From positions 28,086,001-28,150,000 of the forward strand of contig NC_043008.1 of NCBI RefSeq assembly GCF_006345805.1: a stretch of DNA of 64,000 nt. The letters run 5' to 3'. Numbering within the stretch: the stretch's first letter is position 1; the number at the start of each line of letters is the position of its first letter. Origin of the DNA: Octopus sinensis (Eukaryota). A program made the translations under genes and the position numbers. Under the pieces are notes generated by a model. That model did not search any database. It saw only the letters and a program-made list of their open reading frames with translations, and was not told the origin of the DNA. Positions 54,300 through 64,000 of this stretch are shown one piece after another.

Positions 54300-57200
54300 C
54301 TCACATGAAACCACATGCCGTCATTCAAGTCATGCATACATTCTCGTTCTTCAAGTACTGCTTCTCAATAAAGCCATAAATAAAATTCAAGAAATAAATT
54401 TTCAATAGTTGACAGGTGATGTTATCAATTTTCTGTATACTTCCACCAAAGAACTGCACATATTCCATCAAATTACCCATACGTTTTCGTCAAAAATCTT
54501 TAGTTGCGGATTTGCAACCGCTGTGCAAGAATATGATTGTCTACAAGCTACTTCATCAATTTGTTGAGGATATTTTAATCAACCTTTATGGGTCAATGTT
54601 AGTTTTCTATAATATAGTCAGTATAGGGATTTTGGCCTTTTATATCATAGCCAGGATATCATCCTAGCTATGTTATATTACAAATTATTAGTGATGTCTT
54701 CATGCCTCTCTCCAGTTTTGATTTGGCAATTTCCACATACATTGTGTTATGATTTTTACGAATTTGTTTCATTGTCACTTTTCAAGAATTCTATTGACTT
54801 TGTTCGCATTCTAGTTAACGTTAGGTGTATCTTAAATTACTTCTCCATATATTAAATGTTTTGCTTTTTTTCCCTGTAACATAAATATTCTTTTCATTTT
54901 TTTTCTAATTATATGTTATTCGTATTGTTGCTATATTGCTGGAATTATTACAACACTGAAATATGGTTGCACTTACTAAGGTAAACAGTGTTGACATAGT
55001 ATCCATCTCTGATATCAAACTGCATTTGCTAGTTATCGTCTATTCATAATAACATAGGTATAGTGTTTACAGACGCTTGTAAGAAGTTTCCATATTTTCT
55101 TTACAAGTACAAGTTTCTTATCATTTAACTTCAAATATATTATAGAGAAGTTTGTTATGATCTTATTTCTGCTATTTCATTCTGTTTCTTTTGTAGCCTC
55201 AATTGCTAGTGGAAAGTATTAGTATGGGTACCTCTGATCTACTTATCTGATGTCGTTATTTCTCCTTAATTCAAGAAACTTTGTCTTATAAATCTTTGTT
55301 TACAAGCCAAATCTCTCTGGCATGGTTTTATAATTACCATTTATGGTTTCTACATACTTGAACGATGTTCTCATAACGACTTGATCTTTTGAAATATTTT
55401 GATATGAAATTGCTTCTACTTTCTAATTATAATCTAAAAATAATTTTAGATTTAATAGCAAATCTTATTTATTGGTTATAAATATATATTGGTTATTGTT
55501 TGTCAGAGGGTTATAGGACAAACGGATTGCAGGAAGGTTTCTCTGTTAGGAATAAGGGTTTTTTTAATTACTCTTTGCATTTTAGCATTTTATATTTTCT
55601 TCAACGGGGTTGCATGTTTGATCGTATATTTCTAATATGTAAATACTGATAATTTGTCAATTTTCGTACACCTATTTAAGGTGTATTCTCTACATTTAAT
55701 GCAATCCATACCATAACCAATTCATAGAAGGTGATTTTTTAATGCTAAATACAAGTTTGAATTTCGTTTGCTAACACTCTATTGCATGAATTATTACGAA
55801 GTGATACAAAAAATATTATGTTTTGCTGGAAGACATTCCGAGTCCATACCTGAAAATGTAAGTTGTTTGGGCTTTGATAATTGAAGCATTTATGCCTCAT
55901 ACATTTTTTAGTTCTGGTTTTTTTCAGATTATTTTATATAGTGATAGTGAAATGTTATTTCTATTTCAAAATATATACAGTTAAACACATCCATCAGATG
56001 AATAGATACAACAGTTACTAATCTTAATATTTCTGGTGCATATCTATGCAATAGTTTCAAACAGTAAACATACATCATATAGTAATGCCACTGGTATGAT
56101 AAAAAATAACCGAAAATACACAACATAGAAATAGTATATTCTACATGAGTCCTGCAGATTACAGAGAATTAGAAATATTGCAAATAGCTTCATTTTCTTT
56201 CGTAGAAAAGTAAATAGAAGCGTCTGTGTTATAACAAGAACAACTGGAATAGTTGAAGAATGTTATGCGGTAGTTGAAGAATGTTATGCGTTAACACGTA
56301 AATAGAATAAGAAATCCATGTAAATAATTGCATGGACTAAATAAAAAATATTAGATGAAAGCAATACAATTTAATTTAAATGTGCAAGAAATATTTGAAC
56401 GATATTTGAACTGGAACACACTTGACCTGTTTATATAATTTGTTTGACTATCCTCTCCATATATGAAATTCTGGCGGTTTCTTTTATTAATTACAGTGAA
56501 GTAACTTCTGGTAGAATGAGCTTGCTAGTGAGACTACGAGACTATGAGAACGTCAGATTAAGATGCGTCCATATGTTTCCGTGTCAATATACTGTATAAA
56601 TTTCGAAAGATGTTCTCTTGTTTGGTGAGTCTTGCAATTTCAATATACTTCCTGGTTGACCAGCAATGTTCTTTTAGATCGTTCTCTTTACTTTCACAAA
56701 GATATGCACTGGATTTCGTGACTCGCTGAATGTCATTCTAGATTAAAGAATACGGATGTTTGTATCGAATACTATCATACAAATAATTTTGGCAAGGATA
56801 TAACGGATATTTATTCTGGTGTTTCGAATAGCATAAACGGAACGGAAGATATTGTTTGGATTCTATCATTTTTGGTTATTGACTTTCATTATTAGAATGC
56901 CAACAATTGCGAGATCGTTAGGGCTATATTTCCTACTAAATTGAATATTATTAATTCCAGTGAGAAGTGTTTGCAGTTCATTTAGCATCTCAGTGTTTCC
57001 TTCCATTGAATGAACCAATTCTCAAGGTAATTTCAGCTTTTCTTGTATGCATATGCAGAAAGAACTTCCCATTTTTCATGCAATAACGTAATATCATGGT
57101 AGTCTATGAGTAGATTTGCAAAAGAGGGATCGTTTTCGTCCACGTTGCAGCTATAGATTTTTGTTTAAAAAGGTGTCATTGAATATAAAGTATTTCGTTT

Positions 57201-57900
57201 TTTGAAAACAGTTTAGTCATATTATAATTTCTTGTTTTATGCGATGTGCTGATGTGGAAAAACACGTACTTAATTATTCAAACAGAATTTAAGATCACAA
57301 TTGTTAAGTCGCAAGAAGCATTTGGATAAAAATCTCACTACATCGATAGAGTCTATCAAAGATATTTTGGTCAGTGTTTTCGGGAGAAATTTTAGCTACT
57401 CTTAGTCATGTTATGAAGTATCTTTTGGTTGTGATTTAGGAAAAAAAGCTATTATCGATCTTCAGTTTCACACCAGTTGGTAATCTGATATTAATGTATT
57501 ATGTCAGTGACTCCTTTGCATGTTTCACATATATTTCCACGTTTATGTACTTTCCGTATGGCACACAAGACTGTAGACGTACATCTGAAGTTTGTAATAT
57601 TGACGTAATCTTTGTTGATGAATTCTTCCCTGCAAAATTTTATTAATATCCTCGTGTTTCTCATTTTCTCTTTACTTTAGTTTTACGTCTTTCTATAGCA
57701 TGGATTGTATCCTATTATGAATACGACACTATTATTCTGTGTGCTTCCAGACTACTGCATTTTCTATATCAGCCTTCTTAATTATTATTTATCTGTTTAT
57801 AATTTTTTTGTATTTTCTGAGGCACTCCTCTTAAGTTTGTAATATTCTTTGTGAGTTTTTATAGTTAATTTAAAACGTATTCATTGAAATATTCTATGGT
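54300..57900 (-). pseudogene. Possible very old L1/Tx1-like LINE relic
   Basis: Faint collinear traces (SGMDSE, IALNVEN, LLNLKLFLD, YFPLAIEA, LL*IDD) interrupted by many stops. Confidence 0.3.
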
Positions 57901-57994
57901 TTTGTCGTCACATCTTAGTGGGATGTACTTGCTGCTTTTTCTTACTGCTAACGCGTCATCGTCATTTTTAGGTATAAGTCTTCGGTGAGTCATA

Positions 57995-58215
57995 CATTTA
58001 TTCTTTTATTCTTTTACTTGGTTGAGTCGTTTGACTGTGGCATGGTGTAGCGATGCTTTCCACGGTTTTAGTCGAATAAGCTAACACCAGGGCAACTTTT
58101 TAAATCTTAGTACTTAATCCATTGATCATTTTTACCGAACCGCTAAGGTACAGCGATGTAAACACACCAACAACGATTGTCAAACGGTGACGGGGACAAA
58201 CACAGGCATAAAGGC
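57995..58215 (-). mobile_element. OR-like SINE tail (its head is at 61385-61520)
   Basis: ttcttttacttggttgagtc..cttagtactta..accgaaccgctaagg..gtaaacacacc. Confidence 0.7.
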
Positions 58216-58256
58216 ACCCACGCATACACACACTCACACACATTCACATGTACATT

Positions 58257-58289
<33 letters not shown>

Positions 58290-58293
58290 TTGT

Positions 58294-58333
<40 letters not shown>

Positions 58334-58384
58334 ATACGTATATATATATTTGTATACGTATATATATATTTGTATATATATTTG

Positions 58385-58467
<83 letters not shown>

Positions 58468-59110
58468 ACAAATATATATATACGTATACAAATATATATA
58501 TATGTAAAAAAGAAGTTTGAAAACGCCACTATATTAGATAAATTTTTATTTTCTTATGAATTTTACATGTTTCTGTTCTTGAAAAAACGAACCTTATCAA
58601 AAATATTATAAAAAGTAAAGTGTAATAGCAAAGTTCATAATTGTTTCTTACTGGTCTCAATAGAATCCATGTGGTGGTATTTTGTCGGTAGTAGGTATAA
58701 TAGCTATAAATTTCAAGTTGAGTGTAGTAAAGAAGTTCATTATTGTTTCTGAAATGTTAGCAGCAATAGTGATTGTTGGTCGTAGTAGTAGTAACCGTGG
58801 TGGTGGTTGGGGTTGCAGCAGCTTATTGGTTGTAGCGGCTAAGTTGTGGCAGTCCTAGCAGCAGCAGTATGACCAGTGGCTGAAATGGCAGTAGTAGCAG
58901 TTACTCTTGGTCGTAGTAGTGGTAACCGTGGTGGTGGTTGGGTTTGTAGCGGTTAAACTGTGGCCGTATCAGCAGCAGTAGTGGAGGACTGTTGATCGTA
59001 GCAGCAATAGTAGTGACCATAGTGGTTGTAGTAGCAGTGGAAGCAGTCGTAGTGATCGTGGTGGTTGTGGTAGAATTTCATGTTTCTTTTCGGAAGACCA
59101 ATGTTTTGTT

Positions 59111-59641
59111 TTAATATTCCTGGCCCAGGGTGTTCAAACTTGGTCTAAATTTTTTAATGAAATAAAGTTCCTTATTTTGGCGTTGAGTGAAGGTTACGCT
59201 GTCACTCAATTTGTAAAGTGGGCAAGCTGTAAATTTCGGATTTTTATTTGAAGCGAAACTATCTATGTGTCCGCTGACTGGTATTTTCCGGTATTCAGGG
59301 TTTCTAATTTGGTATTTATGCACTGCCATCCTTTTACGTAAGCTGTTATTTGTATGGCCTATATACTGCCTATTGCAACATGCGCATGTTAAGACGTAAA
59401 TTAAGTTTTCTGATGCACAGGTGAAGTTTGTTCTAATGGTAAACTGATGGCCTTGTTCTAATGTGAATTCTGAACATGCTACCAAGATGACACAGATTCC
59501 ACAGTTGGGCTTTCCACATTTTCTAACTGCTGGTTTTATGGTTGATGTTGAATGCAGTTTAGCTTGGGTTAAAATCCTTTTCAAGGTTTTTGGTAGCCGT
59601 TTACTTTTAATGATGGTGTGTGTTTCGAGGATCCGGTTCAT
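59111..59641 (-). pseudogene. PLE GIY-YIG endonuclease domain
   Basis: CGKPNCGIC..FTCASENLIYVLTC..C.RQYIG.T...LRKRM..H..V.GH..E..FIKK..PSLN. Confidence 0.9.
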
Positions 59642-59787
59642 CTTTGGGTCTCCCTTTAGTAGAGCTGTGTTTGTAGTATGGTGCTGAAGGCCTCATTGTT
59701 AAGTGGGTTGTGTGTAGAGAAGTAGGGAAGGGTTTTTAATTTTTCTTTCTTTTTTGGTTTTGTTCGGTTTAGGTCTTCTATACTTAA

Positions 59788-60795
59788 TTAATTTAAGTGC
59801 TCGTTGGATTGCACTGTCATTAGGGGCTGTGGATAATTTCTATTTAGGAGTGTAGTTCTAAGTTCCTGTAGACGTGTGTGTCGGGTGTTTGTGTCTGATA
59901 TTATGGTGCAAATCCTTCTAGCTAAAGAAAAAGGGACATTTATTCTAGTGTGGCATGAATCAAAGTGTAGGTACTGCTTGGAGTCTGTCGGTTTATAATA
60001 GAGATCTGTCTCTATTTTGTTGCCGGCTTTCTTAATGATGATGTCTAAAAATGGCAATTCTTCTTCGTTATGATCCATCGTTAACTGAATATTATCATTT
60101 ATTCCATTTAATAGTATTTTAAATTCCTCAAGTTTCTCTATACTTTTATCCCAGAGGATAAAGCAGTCGTCGAGGCATCTTTTCCAGGTGTTCTGGAAAT
60201 AGGTCTTTTCCAGGTGTTCTGGAAATAGGTGGAGAAGGTGTTTCCATATTTCTCGAGTGTTTTCTGGTAGAGTATTTTCTCGAGGTATCCCATCACTAGG
60301 TTGGCAAACGAAGGCGCAGTACGCGTGCCCATCACTGTTCCCGATCTTTGTCTGTAGAAATTATTGTCAAAAATAAAGCAATTTTTTTCTAAAATAAATC
60401 TAAGTTCTTCTATTATAAGTTCTTTATTTATGCGAGTTTGGAGTTCAAAGGAGTAGTTATTTAGCCAGAAAGTGATCGCTTCTATTCCTAGGGTGTGAGG
60501 GATGTTTGAATAAAGGTTAATTACGTCGAAGGATACAACACGGGTTTTCTCATTGACAGTTTTTGGGAGGTGGTTAAGCATGTCAATATCGTTTCTTACG
60601 TAGCTTTTGATGTGCTTTAGGAAAGGTTTAAGAAGTGTGTCTAAGAAATTGCTGAGGCGGTGAGTTTCACATGATGGGCCTGCTATTATCGGTCTAAGTT
60701 TAAGATAATTTGGTGAAGGGATTTTGATGAGTATATCGGAAGATGTTTTGCATGTTTCACCAATTATTTGGCTTTTGTGGACTTTAGGGATACAA
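59788..60795 (-). pseudogene. PLE reverse transcriptase, frameshifted
   Basis: PKVHK, LRPII, SFDVINLYSNI, GTVMGTRTAPSFANL, WKRCLDDCFILW, LPFLD, YYKPTD; a 26-bp tandem duplication at 60178-60229 shifts the frame. Confidence 0.92.
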
Positions 60796-61293
60796 TAACT
60801 GCTACTACTGCCATTTAAGCCACTGGTCATACTGCTGATGCTAGGACTGCTACAACTTAGCCGCTACAACCAATAAGCTGCTGCAACCCCAACCACCACC
60901 AAGGTTACCACTACTACGACCAACAATCACTACTGCTGCTACCATTTCAGAAACAATAATGAACTTCTTTACTACACTCAACTTGAAATTTATAGCTATT
61001 ATACCTACTACCGACAAAACACCACCACATGGATTCTATTGAGACCAGTAAGAAACAATTATGAACTTTGCTATTACACTTTACTTTTTATAATATTTTT
61101 GATAAGGTTCGTTTTTTCAAGAACCGAAACATGTAAACTTCATAAGAAAATTAAAATTTAACTAATATAGTGGCGTTTTCAAATTTCTCTATTACAAATA
61201 TATACCCACTCGTATACGATCTACTCTTATTATAAGTATATATATATATATATTGGCTAAACTGGCAATATGACCATTCCGAAATATAACAAT

Positions 61294-61376
<83 letters not shown>

Positions 61377-61384
61377 ATATATAT

Positions 61385-61520
61385 ACGACGGGCTTCTGAC
61401 ATTTTCCGTCTACCAATGTTTGGTCTATACTAGAAGACATCTGCATAAGGTACCACGCAGTGGGACTGAACTGAGAACTGTGTTGTTAGTAGGCAAGCTT
61501 CTCACCACACAGTTGCGCTT
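61385..61520 (-). mobile_element. OR-like SINE head
   Basis: acgacgggcttc..ccgtctacc..tagaagaca..ccacgcagtgggactgaac. Confidence 0.7.
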
Positions 61521-62939
61521 GAACCTTCAGAATTCAGAAATGTCGTCATTCATTTCAATGCCATTGTGTCTCTGTGTGTTTCGTCAGAATTGGAGTCCTT
61601 TGGACTGTATACTAATATAACGCAAACAGGATCTAAAATATGTTTAAAGTGATGAGGCTAGCTGATATTATTAATGTAATTCCTGTTTCTATAATTTATC
61701 GCATGGGTTACATAGAATTATATGGAGTTGTCCTAGTTTTTTTTCCTGGCATTTCTCGAAAAGATGTATTTGATTGATTCTGTAGAAATGAGTCTTTGTA
61801 GTGTTTAGATTTTCGTCTTTTCAGAAAAAGTACTGACGGAGGCGTGTTCGAGTTGAAAACAGTTTCACAGTTTTAAATGTAGTCGGTGGCGTTGTTCTCT
61901 AGTTATAAAGAAGTTTCAGCGCTATTTCGCACTTCTCCTTACAAACTTTTGAAATATTGCTTTGCTTGGATTTTTTTGCATTTTTCGTGTATTTCACGCA
62001 GATTTCATTATCAATGAGCTTACATTTTATATCTTGACTCTGAGACTTAGAATTTAATAGTTTCATTTCTTTCTATTCACATTTTATCCAGTGCCATTCC
62101 CATTGCAAGATTAAGTGTTCATTTGAGTCACTCTTTGTACATATCTGCTTTTTGGATCCTTTTTCAAAATGTCAATTTTATATCTCTAAATGTTTTTCCA
62201 TTGGTGTATCATGTAGTGCTTCATGTACCGTGTTGTTTTCGAGTATTTATATCATAATTCACGTCGTTTTGTTGACATTCACTAGTCTTTCCTGAATTAA
62301 ATGTTTACCTGGTCTCGTATATTGCCCAGTTTCCGATGCCCCAACTGCTCATTTCCTGCTCCTTCTGCAATCAATAACAGTTTTGTTTCACTAACGGTCG
62401 ATTGCAACTGCGTATAGGTGTTGTACAGCAACAATGAAAAATAAACAAAATAAAGTACAATGTCATATGTAGAAGAAAATCGCGTGAAAATGCAGAACTG
62501 ATGATACAAAAGCTTAATTTAATTTATTCAAATTTATATTGCTTTTAATTTCAGAATAAGTAGATCGTTTTATTAAAGTGATTAACTGATAGTTACTTTG
62601 TTAAAACAAAATTGAAATGCAATAATCCTTATAACTAATTCAATATATATTTATACTGTTATAATCAAATCTATTCCACTCGACCTCAACAAACCTCTTG
62701 TGATATCTAATACGTTGTTTTTGTTCATCCTCAATAATATTTTGCTGAACACTGAAAATACCGTTCGTTTTATCGAACAGTAGCACAATAATAACAATAT
62801 TACAAATGCTTATTTTAATCTATTTAAGAGAAAGTTATGTATGTGGTTTTATTTTACAGTATGAGTTCACAGAACGCAGTTCACATTTGTTGACTTCCCA
62901 GCATTCTCCTCAAACTTGCATACCAGTAAATTATATAAT

Positions 62940-63703
62940 ACTAGTAGTATAACCCGACTTTGCTCGGGATTCAGTTAGGATTGTTAAGCTAATCGAGTTC
63001 TTTATTTCAAACCTAAGTAACATCGACGTCAAATTTGGACGAAATCCGGAAATTTTGTTTTATGTGTATATACATATATATTATAAATCATATAAATATA
63101 TATGGGCAAAACACACACACACATACACACACGTACGTACGTATACCTATTGCATATATGTTTTTTTAACGCATACATGTTCATAAACAGAAATGAATGA
63201 AAAAAAATGTTGGTACATTTGTAGATCAACACTCGTACGATTTTCACTAAGAAAAAGATCGGATTTTTTGCGTGGAATCAACCACTCTGGCCTCCTAATA
63301 TGCTACAAAATCCATTTTGTGGTCCGAAAAACGAGGTGTGGTGTGGTGGAAGCCTTGGAAATTGTACCCATATCTATTGTGAAATTCACCTACCACTTTG
63401 TTTCTTTGCTGTTAAATAAATGGATTCTCAACATAATAGTTTTTTCCGCGGCGTAAAATAAAAACAAAACTCTTTCGCGCTCAAATTTATATGTGTGTGA
63501 GAGGGGGAAGAAACCTGAACAATATAAAATAAGTAAATGATTTAAGATATATTTTAATTGTTGTGCGAGAAAGTATGTATATAATCTGATCAGGAAATAT
63601 AGTGTCTTTCAAAACATCCTAAATCTGAAGACTATATACATCTCATGTTTTAGAAAAAACAAAACATTTTACATTTATATTTTTGATGAATGCTGTCACT
63701 GAT

Positions 63704-63743
<40 letters not shown>

Positions 63744-64000
63744 TCTCACTTTGTCTTTAGCTTTTTTGTTAGACGCAATCAAACTGTCTCCCTCTGTCCC
63801 TTATACATACTTTTTCTTTACTTTTGTATTAGACGCTGTCAAACACTCTCTCTCCCTGACACATACACACACACATACATCAACACAAAACTTCTCTCTC
63901 TCCTTCACACACACACATACATCATCACACAATATCTCCCTCTCTCTCACACACACACATATATATCAACACACAATTCCTCTCTTTCCCTCACACACAC
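62940..64000 (+). mobile_element. Probable non-autonomous Helitron-like element with internal CT/CA subrepeats (runs off the window)
   Basis: Starts ACTAG followed by hairpin cccga-ctttgc-tcggg (62953-62968), as in Lep1/DINE-like elements; ~45-50-bp CT/CA-rich tandem units at 63830-64000. Other end not seen. Confidence 0.45.

Larger units (their letters stand above)
58511..61240 (-). mobile_element. 5'-truncated Penelope-like element with 393-bp inverted pLTR
   Basis: RT (60138-60795), thumb (59788-60078) and GIY-YIG (59111-59641) on the minus strand; 58511-58903 is a high-identity inverted copy of 60796-61188; (TA)n both sides; decayed HHR TTGATAA ggttc..gaacc GAAA catg TA near 61105-61140. 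Confidence 0.92.

Noticed and set aside
61825-61875. CTGACGG...GAAA as a hammerhead
   Set aside because: Core mismatch and no convincing stems.
61950-62400. Cys/His/Trp pattern (WHWIKC) resembling a PHD finger
   Set aside because: Too few ligands in frame and many stops.

Overview
AT-rich, microsatellite-dense eukaryotic DNA with no recognisable host gene exon. The tRNA-derived SINEs resemble octopus OK/OR-type families, so a cephalopod source is inferred but not proven. The window is mostly transposon relics: several Penelope-like elements (PLEs, RT plus C-terminal GIY-YIG), a decayed Ty3/Gypsy element, a Tx1/L1-like LINE, mariner/maT relics, a MITE and SINEs. The main signal is a set of non-coding ~480-nt tandem repeats, each monomer carrying a type I hammerhead ribozyme (HHR). 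There are two unrelated families: A at 2.35-4.33 kb and 50.6-51.3 kb (with a decayed relative at 25.5-26.2 kb) and B at 38.2-39.2 kb. A third, unrelated and apparently intact HHR lies at 25.13-25.22 kb. These look like non-LTR retrozymes (circRNA-forming retroelements). They sit inside (TA)n tracts with an inverted copy of part of the element at one end, the same footprint shown by the coding PLEs here, which suggests PLEs mobilise them. All alignments and folds were done by eye; identities are approximate.
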